Origin: Marsupella aquatica | Taxonomy: Eukaryota; Plantae; Marchantiophyta | NCBI GenBank assembly: GCA_973895155.1 | Contig: OZ316892.1 | Span: 1,254,917-1,318,916 of the forward strand | DNA length: 64,000 bases | Direction of reading: 5' to 3' | Shown: positions 28,243 to 40,369 of the stretch, in pieces | How the letters are laid out: the number at the start of each line of letters is the position of its first letter | Numbering within the stretch: position 1 is the first letter of the stretch | Notes under the pieces: model-generated | The model's database searches: none | The model's input: the letters and a program-made list of their open reading frames with translations, nothing else | What the model was told of the DNA's origin: nothing | Translations under genes and position numbers: made by a program

Positions 28243-28353
28243 GTTGCGGTACACTCTCTTGTATTTGTGTATGCTCTTGTCCATGTTATGCATGTATGTG
28301 AGTATGGCATGACCAGCGATGTATGTTGTATGATGATGTGGATTCGCACGACA
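28243..28353 (+). repeat. Split direct repeat B2 (111 bp), right terminus of the element
   Basis: Copy of 27806-27916; ends CACGACA followed by the AAGG duplication. Confidence 0.95.
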
Positions 28354-29109
28354 AAGGCTTTACCTGGTTGGAAATCCCAGGAACAAAAACCCAGTTTTCT
28401 GCTGAGTAGGGTCTTTGTTTTTCTTTAATTTCCTTTGTGGGCTATTAGTGGTCTTCTGGGGTTGAAGGGGACTCTGGCTTGTGGAGCCTCTTTGGTCTTG
28501 TAGGGGTCTCTCCCTCGTTTTTTTTCCTCCCTTGATTGGGTGTTTTGCCTTTGAGACCCTTTCCAGCTTGGCGCTTTTGTTCTTTGGCAGTTTGATATGT
28601 ATTAAACTTACCTATCTGCAAATGGCAAGCTGGTATAGCTCTGGCGCGAACTATATAGTTCGCGCCACGCACAGGAACTTGACTAGAAGCCCTAAATTAA
28701 ACAGATTATTTCTAATAAGAAAAATGGAAAGGGAGATGAATTACTTCCAATCAAGAAGCGGAGAGAGGGATGGGGGACTATAGGTACAACAGCAGACTGA
28801 CAAGGAATCGAGGAAAGAACAAATGAATCAACCAAACAAGGAAGTTGAGAGAAGGGGAGATGAAGGGGGTTTACTATTGTATTTTGCACATGTGGCACTC
28901 AATGCAAGATAATAAGCCTCTACTTGTGACCATTAGATATGTATGGTCAAATCTGGAACGTTGTTTTTTGCTGAATTAGTCATCTAAAAACGTTTTTAAA
29001 ACCTGTTGTATCATTCACAAGCCCTGGTAGCAAACTTGCAAAACTTTGCAGTAAAAGGAAACACTAGAGGGGAGGGGAGAGATGGGAGCTTTTTATCTTT
29101 TGCCAGGGT

Positions 29110-29300
29110 GGCAAATGTCCACCATGAATCAAGGAGAAGATACTAAGAATACTCCATGTCTTATTCCATCAATTGATTTCCAACCATTCAATCTCTATAG
29201 ATTAAAGATAACCATCAGATTCTGGCTAATGGGGTCTGTGGTTGGGTGTGAAACTGGCTAAACGAAGACCAAACAATTTGCCAAAACTTGTTAGTACTTT
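29110..29300 (+). repeat. Dispersed repeat family 2 (other copy inverted at about 48260-48480)
   Basis: Shared blocks aaggagaagat and agattctggctaatgggg appear as reverse complement near 48320-48460. Confidence 0.55.
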
Positions 29301-30695
29301 TCAGTAAGGTGATTTTGGGTGGATTTTTGCACTACAAAACTGCTGGGCAGGCGGTACAAGAGGGAATTCTTAAGGTCTCTTTAAATTCACCAAGGTGCCA
29401 GTGTCATCTTGTGTGGTGGAGATGCCAGGAACAGCAACCCTTCTTATTGACCTATCCAGACCTGTGATTTAGTTCAGGTGTTTGTGACAGACCCCCCTCT
29501 GTCAATCATGGGCCTTGTTCAATTTTTCAGGGTGGCCAAAGCTACTTTGTGTGAAAGAGGAGATGTTAGGAATATTCTCTATTTAATTTTTTTCTATTTA
29601 TGCTAGTAGGTCCTATGACTTGGTGGGAGACCACCGTAGCTACTGAAACTCAAAACTTACTGGCAAAGTATTGCTAAAAGTGAGGTTTTTGAATGAGGTG
29701 GAATTTGGTGAAATTTTGCCTCTTAAAAACTGCTACGGCCTTCCTTTAATCAACACAGACGTGTCACAAGAAGGGTACAAGAGACACAGCAATTATCTTA
29801 GAATGAGGTCAAGTGTGGTCCCCCCCCCCAAGGCAGACCAGTGACTTGTGAGGTATGCTAGGGTGAGGGGTATTTTACAATTCTAATTTGCACCACCAGT
29901 AGATCTGTCAACATCTAAGGAGTGTTGTTCACAACCAGGGTCTCAAAGAGCTAACAAGGTGACAAATTTGGTCCCAATCCACCTCGTTTTTTCTTTGCAA
30001 ATGTGGTACTCCAAATCTTGGGTAAGAATTTGGCAGACAATTGCCAATAGAAAAACACTGAAACATTGGATCATGCCAAGTGCAACATTGAGAAACAAGG
30101 GAGGAAAGGGGAGGGGAAGGAAGACGTGAGGGACTACAAGAGGCCCACAAGTTTGGGTAAAGTCCTGTGTAACAAACCTTTTTGCTCAAAATAGGATTCA
30201 TATATTTGCGTATCAAACATAGAATCGCTCAAAAGGTGTGGTTTTACTGGACTACACAGATTTGGAGTCACATAAAATTACTATCACACAAAGAGCATGC
30301 CAGGGTCCCATCCAATCTTAGTTGATGGTTGGACCAAGATCACATGTGAGCTTATAACTCACAATTTCCAGTTTATATGTCCAAATGCAGCTGATTAATA
30401 CTCTGTGCAACTGATACTTTAGAATTATGGCATTTGATAAGAAAAATGTATAACTCATCATCTACACATCTTCAGCTTCATTCCTACAACAAGTTGGAAT
30501 CTAAATCTCAAAACGTGCCACATGGTTTCAGTCCTCTATGATCTTCTAATTGGGTTCATTATTCCATTTTAAAAGGACCTCTTTATCTTCTTAGATTGGG
30601 GCAAATTCTTGTACTCTATGCAACGACATTTTACACCTCCCAATTGGATATCTTGAGAATTGCAGCACAATTATGAATTGGGATTTTTCCTAAAA

Positions 30696-33058
30696 TCACC
30701 CCTGGTCAGTTTGTTGGAAAGACTCCACCTCAGCTGACTGTTGAGCCTCAAGTTTCGCCATCTCTGCAGCAATCTCTGCTTCAATGGTGGCCATGTCAAC
30801 TGTTCTCGTCTCATTGTAGGGTGCTCCTTCTCCAAGGAGGTATTTAAACACTTCCTCTCCTTCTAAACCTTTTGACTTGGCCAAATAGAGAGGTGTAAGA
30901 CCGAATCTATCTTCTTTCTTGTAGTTAGCACCGTATTGCACTAAGAGCTCTGGATGCTTGGTTAAGGATTCTACAACATAACTTGGTAGAGACCCATTGC
31001 TCATGCTTGTAGTGCATGTCGTGAGCTTCAAGGGGGAGGGGGAGGTGGGGAGGGGGCGAGGGCACTTTAATGGCACTTAATTATTTCATCCACAACAGAT
31101 TTCATGTGGAATTATGGCACTTGGCCCCCACACCGCCTCCCACACCCAATGAGAGAGCCCCGCTAAGACCTGCTGGCCCGAAATCCCAACCCCTTTTGGA
31201 GGTTCTCTCTTTGTAGGGACCCCTCCCAACGATCATGTGTGTTTGTTTTAAGTTTTTCTACCTTTATCAATATAAAAATAAGTTCTTCTAAGCCAATCAC
31301 ATCATTATTATATTTGCAGTAAAATTTTAAGCCTAATTCTAGTGTCGCTGGGCCTTAATTCCCTTCTCATAATTGAAATACATCCATTAATACAAACATG
31401 AAACAACCAAGCAATTTTAACCATCTCATATTTAATGAAGGATACTTACAATTGGAAGATTGGATCCTCTTGCTGCCCAGTGTATTGCCGTCCTGACAAA
31501 TAGTTCTCAGGTTTAATCATCTTCAAAAATCCAAGTCCATACTTTAATCTCACTCCAGGTCAGATATCCCCTAACAAAATGGCTCATTTCTGCAGTCTAC
31601 ATTGATTTGTGACTCCTTGTTCGTTATTCATACAAGTTTTTATTTTAAGACAGTATACTTTTAGGAGTATTAACATGATAACATTTTGGACTATGTTTGA
31701 TAGACGAAGTGCAACCTGGGAACCCAGAGAGGAGAGTGCAATTGGGATATCTAGAGACAACAATTGTTGAGCACAAGCATGCATTATGGAGTTTAGATGT
31801 ATCTCATCACATGTAGGTGTTTTGCAAATTAAAGGAATCGCTTCACAAAAACAAGTGGCTATTGATTGTATAGATTTAACTGGGAGGTTGGAAAGGGACG
31901 AGCAGTGCCTGCCAGTATGTGAATCCTGGGCATGAATGTTGGCACTGAAACGAATCAGCGTTTCAACTGAATGCAGATGCCCACAGTCAGCTGCCCATAT
32001 AAGAGCGGTCCTTCCATAGCGATCCTACAAAAGCACCGAGAACTAAGTTCCAGGGTAATAAGTGGATAGATAGGAGAATACTTATGAGGTAACCGCACAA
32101 TGACATAGTGATTGATTTACAAGCTAGCATGCCCCCACAATGATACCAAATTACATGAGAAAATAAAGTGCTCATTTTTCAGCATTCCCTGCCAAATGCC
32201 CTTGGAAGACCACGAAAACAAAAGCTGGCCCAGCATTAATTTAGAAACGAGTGTACTGACAGAGGGCATCATGAACATTCGTTTGATGACAGACAAATGC
32301 AAAAAATGCACCAGTGAGCAATTAGTTCTTCAGATAACTTAAAGACTGACTTCCAGATCTTGACCAAGATAAGCTTTGTCACTTGACTGATCGAAGTCTT
32401 TGGGACATATAGCTCAAGATGAGTGACATAACTTCAAAAACTGAACAGCTAAATAAATTGATTTTGAAGTTCCACACATCTCCAAGAGGGTGAAGGGACA
32501 GAAAGATCCAGAGGCTCTCTATCTTTGGAATCCAAATTGATTTCTAGATCTGTAAGCCATATAGAAATTACTGTTCCCAAAGGGCATTTGTCTTTATGAA
32601 ACTACTGTCTGATAGACCTGCTGATAGTAGACAAATTAGTAAAAAGTAGACTAGCTACTCTAAATTCTAGAAGGAGCTCTAGTTTTGGAATACATTTAAT
32701 TTCTAAACACTTAGCCAATGGAAATCATTGTTGTTGAAAATAATTTGTGGTTTATATAAACACTGACCTTCCTTACGGTAACAGAAAAGTAAAAATTCAA
32801 AACCTTTGCATCGACATCAAAGTTTTTTATCTTGGAAAATTTGGTGATAGCACGAGTATCACCATTCTCAGCCGCATCAAAGACTGTCAAAATTTCTCTT
32901 TTCACCGACTTTAAGTCATAGATTGTATATCTGTTGCTTTGAGGAAGGTTATCATAAGTAGGGCTTTCATTCTTGTTTTCCAGGGTCACTTTTCTTGCCT
33001 GCACAATTGGTTTTGCCACTGCTGCTGTTGGGTGAGGAGGGCTGCTTTGTTGACTCAT
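30696..33058 (-). CDS. Small ankyrin-repeat protein (~220 aa); exons 32804-33058, 31909-32024, 31446-31492, 30696-30949
   Basis: Spliced product contains VFDAAENGD...DAKDRYGRTALIWAADCGHLHSVETLIRFSANIHAQDSHTGRTAIHWAARGSNLPIVKLLVQYGANYKKEDRFGLTPLYLAK, i.e. successive ankyrin consensus repeats. Confidence 0.85.
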
Positions 33059-34623
33059 TTTTGAGTGCCAGGAGTAACAGTTTAGGGTTGCTATCTACCC
33101 CAATACAATGCTCTGTTCAATGCGAGCAGCAACATGATCCATTTTCTGATTCGCTATACTGATATCGAGTACCCAAAAACATTTCATGTGACAACATTTG
33201 GGATTTTATCAGAATATTGGCCTTGTCAATAATTAGGCCATCCTCATAATGGTTTGCGGTTGCAAATGGAAGCTGCGTCGAGTGATGACCATTCTATAGA
33301 AATAAGTATCTCAAGGATCCCAAACTGTTTACATCCCCATCATCATGATCTGCAAAAAGATTCCACGCCAATCTATGGAAGGAATAACAAGCTTGGAATC
33401 AATATTTTTGTCATCTAATCAGGACCAAGAAGCAATTATCTGCAAAGCTGAATGACAATCCTGCAGCATTCTTTATCTGTTCCATCTTCCTAACAATCTC
33501 TTGTCCCATGACCTTGGGGCAAATGTCATAGCAGATCATGAAAGATGGCCAAAACTAGATAAAACTCAGACAAGCAGTTCTCTCCCTAATGAACAGTCGA
33601 TTGAATGGGGTCTTCCACATCTACTGAATGTCAATAGTTACTGAGATTCATCCTGGGTAATTTTGTCATTCTTTGTCACAAATTACATACTGATTACTTG
33701 CAACTGCCATGCTATCAGACTTGAAAAAATAACCAGACAGATTGTTCTTACAAGGATTTGGGCAATGACATTTCAAACATGTCCATCCCTTTCTCTCTAA
33801 GCCTGGTACAAGAGTTTCAACCATACTCTCGCTCAACCATCTTCGTGATCTGAGCTCAGAGTCCATGAATCTGTTGATTTCACCACTACGTCTTTCAGAA
33901 TTGCACCATTTGATGTCAAGGTATCTAGAGACATAATTTCTTTTCCTTCTGCAAAGTTACAATTGGCCCACAGACAGACAACACTTTGAGTGAATTGTGG
34001 TTTTTCTCCACGTTGGGATTAGGGTTGTGGACTCATAGATCCCGTTGTTCCTATTTGCATGAGCTTGAATACCTAGGGTATGGGATACAGACACTCTGTA
34101 TGTTAGTATCAAGATTTTGTCTAAACTCATGAATTGTCTAAATCATGTGTTTGTGAGTAATGTTCTCCCATTACTAGATGGCTCAGTAGAACCTATTAGC
34201 CAAAGGTTTTTTCACTCCATTTTTGGAAACACAATTTATTTCATCCCACAAGTGATTTGCAATGCACTTGATTTGGTCTAACTCACCCACTCACACACAT
34301 CCACACCACACTTAGTCAGAGAGGGGAACTTGACCTGAGATGTCACAAGAAGGTATCTTTCTCTTGACCAGTGGACCTTTTTTTCTGGGGGCGCCCTGTT
34401 GCTTCTGCTGGGGTCTGGTTGGGATCAAACTGAAATTCACTTTCCAATGAACGTCAATCACCACCATTCAAGTAGAAAGTGATGAAAAGTTTCTCCAAGT
34501 CATTAACAAACTAACTTGTATACATGATGCATGGTAATCTAGCATGTTCAATATCCAAATCATTCTGAAACTTTTCTGTAGGTCTAATGCCTATAATTCT
34601 GTGTCTTTTGAAAGATGGGTGCA

Positions 34624-34626
<3 letters not shown>

Positions 34627-34660
<34 letters not shown>

Positions 34661-34677
34661 TGTGGGGGGGGGGGGGG
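34627..34677. repeat. (ATT)n microsatellite followed by a poly-G run
   Basis: Directly visible. Confidence 0.9.
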
Positions 34678-36586
34678 CAATTTACAATTCAACACAAAAT
34701 TACAGGATAGATAAGAATCCATCAAAGTACAGTTAATTTTCTCTTCCTGTATGTGCTGCCAATAAGTGCAAATCTGGTTTATTGCAAGAAATTGAGTTTT
34801 TATAAGTGTTTTGAAGTTGTCACCATATGACAAAAACATAAGTGCAATCTCTTTATGTACTGTATGCTGCTTGTCCTTACATGTCAAAGATTTTTCATAG
34901 TGTATGAGCCTGAATGCCCTTTCTTTGAATGACAAAAGAGATCTTGACCAAATTAAGCATGCATCATCATTTTGACATACAATACATCCCATCCTCTCCA
35001 TCCACACACATTTGGTGGGGTCCTACAGTTAAGGTCTAGGGGGTTCACTTTAGAAACCTAGACCCCAATTGTTGCTTTTGTTCGTGAATTAGTGCTAAGA
35101 TCTGTTGCACTTATGGGTGAGGCAACAGGGTTTAGGGAGGCTATTGTACAGTCCAGAGGCAGTTGCAACAGTTGAGGAATGTTGTGCCCCCAGTTGTGTT
35201 GATATTTTGGCCTGCCATCTGTTTACGCTGGATCCCTTTATGATGTTTGTGAGCATCTTGCTCTTGATTTAATTCCTGGATGGTGTTTTTCCATTTCCAA
35301 CCCAAAGTCCACAGATGCAAAATTTTCTAGCATCTAAAGCCTACAGATGCAATCTTTTAAGCGCAAATGAACCCTTAAGTTTTAAATATGGAAAAATACA
35401 AATTGTAAATGATGCACCACATACAATGCTATAAGTGTGGGGCTTGTGCTTCTTCCCAGAGTTGGACAAAGGGACCTAATGCAATTCAATAACGCTGTTA
35501 ACAATAACTATTGTTACTCACACTAATTGTGGTGAAACATGTTGTTTTGGCTTACTCATGTATTGCCTGAATTTTGCAAAAAATGAATCATGCATTTTAA
35601 ACTATTAGTTTTGGCCCAATATAATGGAAAGAAGGTGGGTGCACCCCAGGTTTGCATGAAAATCGTTGGCTCTAGCATTATTAAGTGCACTGGTACCACT
35701 AATTAGATGCTAACAATAATAGACGACGGCTGGTATTTCTATAAAAAATTCTCCGAACTACCAACGCTATTCATCAAAATTAGTATACCATCCAATCCAA
35801 TAAGCAATAGTATACGGAGTAGCTTTTTCATAATTGTGTGCGGTAGACTACCAATAAGTGTCTCACCGCCTGATTGCCACGCAGGGCCCACGCGTAAGGC
35901 CTTGGTTCGTCGAGGATGCCACGAGTCACTCTTTCCGACAGCGCGACGAGCGCAGCGATGATGCCGGTCCGAAATGAACGGTGTCCGAAGTCGCAGTCAC
36001 GCGACAAAACACTGACGGCTTGGATCATACAATTCCATTATTGAGTCTCAAAAACCGTTAGATCTTATCCCTTTGAACGGTCGAGGAGGAGACCGTCAGG
36101 TCGCGTCGACTGTGGTGTTCCCTCTGCTCTCATTGCCGAAGCTCTTCATTTGGAGATGAAATTGCTGCGAGATCAATTTCTGGTTGTTCCGCTCCTCGGC
36201 TTCTTGAACAGCTCGTCACCCGGCTTCCGTTAGATTCGCTCGCCCGTTGCACCTCCTCGCGAAACTATTTCATTTGTGAGGACGAGCAAGTAGGGTTCGA
36301 ATTGGGCCCAAATCACTCGTCGCTTCTGTCCAGGAGAAACATTAATTCTGTTGTGAGGACGAGCAAGTTGGGTTCGAGTTGTGCCCAAATTACTCTTCGC
36401 ATCGGTACAGGAGAAAGATTTGGTATCCCGTCACCCGGCGTTCGTCCCAATCTTTGTTAGTTCGCATCTTTTCACGAGTTTAATTGCGTTGCCTCTCCGG
36501 TTACGTAGAGCAGCTAGATTGCGTCGAATCGTGCCCAAATTTCTGTTTGAATCTAGAGACTAGAAAGGTTTTGGTGCGAAGTGTGG

Positions 36587-37090
36587 ATGGCTCTAGTTCA
36601 AGTGAGGGGACTGTTCCGATGCGGTATCGTGGAGAAGGTGTCCCGGTTCGTCTCGCCGCCGAATCCGTCAGGCCAGACCTCTTTTCTATGGAAGTCTGAT
36701 TCCTTCAGCATGCAGAAGCGAGCCCTCCTGTTGGCACGGATGAGGTCGTTCAAGACGACTCTGTTTTCCTCGACACAGGTCGTCGTCACTTCTCCAGCAG
36801 GAACAGCCACAGCACAAGCAGAATTTCACACCAGCCCAATTTTGGAGGCAGAAGCAGCGGCTCCCGAAGATGACGTGACGAGCAGTGTCACTAGTGCGGG
36901 TACGAGTAGCAGCGAGACCGACTCCACTCTCTTGGAGAGAAACTACGGGGAAGAGCAGGCTGACCACCACAAGGTCGCTGACAGCTCTCATGCCCACCAT
37001 GTGAACATGATGGACGAGGGAGAGCCAGAGAGCTTGGAGTCGACGTCGTTTGACATCTCAAAAATGAGCCGACCGGCCGGTGACGAGTGA
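36587..37090 (+). CDS. Uncharacterised single-exon protein (~167 aa) with an organellar (mitochondrial-like) transit peptide and acidic C-terminus
   Basis: ATG at 36587; Arg/Ser/Leu-rich N-terminus, acidic C-terminal half ending FDISKMSRPAGDE; lies downstream of a CpG-rich promoter-like island (about 35860-36500). No recognisable domain. Confidence 0.55.
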   Translation: MALVQVRGLFRCGIVEKVSRFVSPPNPSGQTSFLWKSDSFSMQKRALLLARMRSFKTTLFSSTQVVVTSPAGTATAQAEFHTSPILEAEAAAPEDDVTSSVTSAGTSSSETDSTLLERNYGEEQADHHKVADSSHAHHVNMMDEGEPESLESTSFDISKMSRPAGDE

Positions 37091-38285
37091 CACCTTGAGC
37101 TATCCGTAATTAAAATCTGCATGCTCACGGAGCGGAGCTAGTTAGCACTAGCATACTAGGTTCTTCATAGCTCGGTCACCTTCGAGAGCTGCATTCGCAT
37201 GGAACGACATTTCTAAGCTATTCTAGCATATTTGGTTCTTCCAATTGGTGAAGACCGAGTGGAGAAGATACTGTTCCCGCATTATATCACTTAGTGGGAG
37301 ATTAGAGGCATTTCCAGCAAGTCAGAGAGCCATCTAGCCGTTTTGGCGTGATGACGAAACTGAGGAAATAACTTTGATGACTCTACGAGCGACAGAGTGT
37401 GGAAAGTTCACTGCAAACAGATTTGTAGTTACAACAGCCTTTGTTGGATGTGGTACAAAGGCCAGCAGACCAAATATGGAGAGAATTTTATGATTCGAAA
37501 TCACTATCGCAGCACCAGACCATTCCTATCCCAGGCACAAACATTAATTTAGGAACTAAGGCGTTGAATAAGACTTTGCATAGTTGTATGAATCTGCCGG
37601 TTATGGCGATGCTTGGCAGGTATACATTTGAGGTTGAGTCTCAACGCTTTGTAGAGTAATTGTCCATCTGCCTTTCAAAGGATGCCAGTAGGATAAACAC
37701 CCAAGTTGCCAGTTATTCAAGTTCATTATTCACTCAGCTTTGAACAATTTTGAATGTATGAGTTGTACATAATTGATGAAATTTATGCACCTAAATACGA
37801 ACTTTAAGCTGATGGTTTGCGTTTCTTCATTATTGGTGAATCATGACTTCTCCCTTGCTTTGAATCACGGAATAATCCATTTTAAGGGTGGGAAGTTGCG
37901 TGTGCCTGTGGACTCTCATTTCCAAACTGGTCTGGATTCCTGCGTGGTATTTGCTGTTATCTTCTGAAGTTGATGTGCATCCAACGTAGTCTCGTTCTGA
38001 AAGTATTTTCCGGTATTGCGTTTGGTTACCGAAGTTGCTTCCTCCCAACTACTCCATTATATAAGTCTACTAGCAACCCGTCACCAACAAATACGAATAC
38101 CGCAAATGGATATTCCAATGACCTGGCGCTTCCATGCCCGAGTAGTTATGTAATTCGATGCAAGTTCCTCCGAACGATGTTGGTACACCAGATAACTTTT
38201 GAGCAAAAATCAGGAAATATAACAAATAATTGTTGACGTTTTAGGCTGCAACAAGAAGAAAATATCCTGCAAGTCCAATTCTCAT

Positions 38286-38351
38286 TTGACGTCAAAACTC
38301 CCAATGTGGGTGGGTGTTGACGTCAAAACTCCCAATGTGGGTGGGTGTTGA
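38286..38351. repeat. Exact 31-bp tandem duplication (ttgacgtcaaaactcccaatgtgggtgggtg)
   Basis: Two adjacent copies. Confidence 0.85.
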
Positions 38352-39149
38352 TTCTTTAGTCAGAATACCCAACTGTGAATGGGTCTTCATAAACAAACGC
38401 ATATTCATGAACTTATTTCATGATAGCCAGAATTTTACCTTTATGTCTAACCAAGAGCCTTCAAAACACGTGCCCCTTGTGCCCCATATTTTAGACCACT
38501 GCTCTAGGAGATCTCTTCATCCGGCCCCTTGGTGTATTTGTATTTTGAGTCATTTGCATGAAAAGTGACCTCACAAGTCCTTCATGAGATTTCCACTTGT
38601 CATAGTTAGAAAGCTCCAACCAAAGAATTACCTACTTTCGGGTGGGGTGGGTCCCCAACTTGTCTTTCAGCAAGTAAATGTAACACCACTTGCTCAAGTT
38701 AGCTTTACAAAGACCTTGAAGGCCATAAAAGGTTTCCAAAAATGTTTTTAATCCCAGTCCATTAAGAGTTCTCTGATTAGCCTAGAGAGGCATGGCATGA
38801 TTTTGTGGTAGCTCACTTGAATAGAGAGTTATAGGTTTTGGTTTCAACTCTTGTGGACTAACTCTTCCCAACTATTGTGACCAGCTCTTCCCTTTATGTG
38901 GGGTTTCACAGATTTCCCTTTAAATTAAAATAAAAATAAAAAATTCTCTGATTTAGATCCTACTCTTCTATAGGATATGGCCAGTGCCCATAATGTGTCT
39001 CGTGAGTGAGTTCAATTTTTTTCTGTCCCATAACAGCCAGGCATAGGCTAAGGGAGTGACTCAGAGTTTTTGCCCATATTCCTCCCAATGTAAATACAGA
39101 ATGCCTGCTGTGAGACTGCCCACATGCTATATTTGAGTTGAGAGCCCCC

Positions 39150-39600
39150 TCTATCTTTAGTATCTAGAATGGTACTCGAGTTTCTTCCGTGAAAATGGTC
39201 TACAAATGCAGGCCTTATGTAAAGCCACTCTTAGGTATTTTGATATCTTATTTATAAAGCATAAATTACAAGCTAGAGTTGAGGCCTAGGTTCTTAGAAT
39301 CAAACCTCTAGACTGTAATTTTATGGTTCATCATGTGTATGTGAACACTCATGACCTGATGTATCATGTGGAATGGAAAACTCATCACTATAATATATGT
39401 CAAATGATAAACAATTTAATTTTTTAATGATTTTTATTTACATTAAAAAATGAACTTTATTATCACCATAACATATGTGCATAGAAGAATATGATATAAT
39501 ATATATGATTATTAAAATTTCTTATTTTATTAATTTCAAAAAATAAATATATTTTAATGATATTTTTATTATACCTCTCACTATTCACGGTTCAAAGAAT
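39150..39600 (-). repeat. Dispersed AT-rich repeat family 1, copy 2
   Basis: Reverse complement aligns by eye with about 17175-17650. Confidence 0.6.
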
Positions 39601-39699
39601 GCCAGCTGTATTGTGTATTTGCGTTATTCGAACACTAAGCGTGATTCAAGGGTCGGACCATTGTAGTATCCCCAAACCGGTCACCAGCCCACGATCCCG

Positions 39700-39940
39700 A
39701 CCCGTGCAACCGGTCGCCGCTTGGGTAAGTGACGAGCCCCATCCCTTCAACCGGTCTTCGCTCGGTTGAGTTTGACGATCCCCATCCCTTCAACCGGTCT
39801 TCGCTCGGGTGAGTTTGACGGTCCCCGTCCTTTCAACCGGTCGCTGCTCGGGTGCGTTTGACGATCCCCATCCCTTCAACCGGTCGCCGCTCGGGTGCGT
39901 TTTGACGATCCCCATCCCTTTAAACTGGTCACCGGCCCGG
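39700..39940. repeat. ~43-bp tandem repeat, about 5-6 copies, upstream of the UBX gene
   Basis: Unit cccatcccttcaaccggtc(t/g)(t/c)cgctcgggtgagtttgacgatc at about 39738, 39781, 39824, 39866 and 39911, with a degenerate copy at about 39700. Confidence 0.9.
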
Positions 39941-40369
39941 TGGACGTGTGCAATCTCGACCGGCGTTTCTCCGTCGACGACAATGCTCCAGAATGCACAT
40001 AAATAATGATTCTCGTACACACGAGGAGGACAGGACGACAGGAGGAGGAGGAGGAAGAAAAATCAGGGTCGAGCAGCAGGTTCTGGTTACCAAAATCGAG
40101 AAGGTCGGTAGATCTCCAAGCCTCTACAGTTTCGCACATCGAAGACGGCACAGTAACAGGATATAGAATCTGCGAATGGGGGAAATTTGACGTTCTCGAG
40201 GGAGGAATCGGGCGTGGAACGAGAGAATTAGGGTTTGAGTTGATTCGACGCTTCTCCTCTGATCGAAACAGACGAGTGGAATTGGGTTGATGAAATCGAT
40301 TACGGTTGCGGAATTGGATTCATGAAAGGTGGATTGACGGGCTAGGACGAGGAAGGGGGGAGGGAGCAG

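Larger units (their letters stand above)
18428..28353 (+). mobile_element. Ty3/Gypsy-type retrotransposon with split direct repeats (A1-ORF-B1-A2-B2), encoding a C5 DNA methyltransferase and a PHD-finger integrase; decayed copy
   Basis: Ends TGTCATG...CACGACA (imperfect inverted termini, TG...CA), flanked by AAGG on both sides (18424-18427 and 28354-28357). Domain order PR-RT-RH-INT is Gypsy-type. Confidence 0.95.

Noticed and set aside
18428-28353. Classifying the element as a DIRS/PAT/Ngaro tyrosine-recombinase retrotransposon because of its split repeats
   Set aside because: No tyrosine recombinase ORF seen; it has an aspartic protease, a DDE integrase, TG...CA ends and a TSD.
27919-28353. 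Treating A2+B2 as a normal 3' LTR with a truncated 5' LTR
   Set aside because: Does not explain the extra B1 copy, the PPT before B1 rather than A2, or the self-priming site exactly at the end of A1.
39700-39940. CRISPR-like array
   Set aside because: Contiguous tandem units without unique spacers, in a eukaryotic context with no cas genes.
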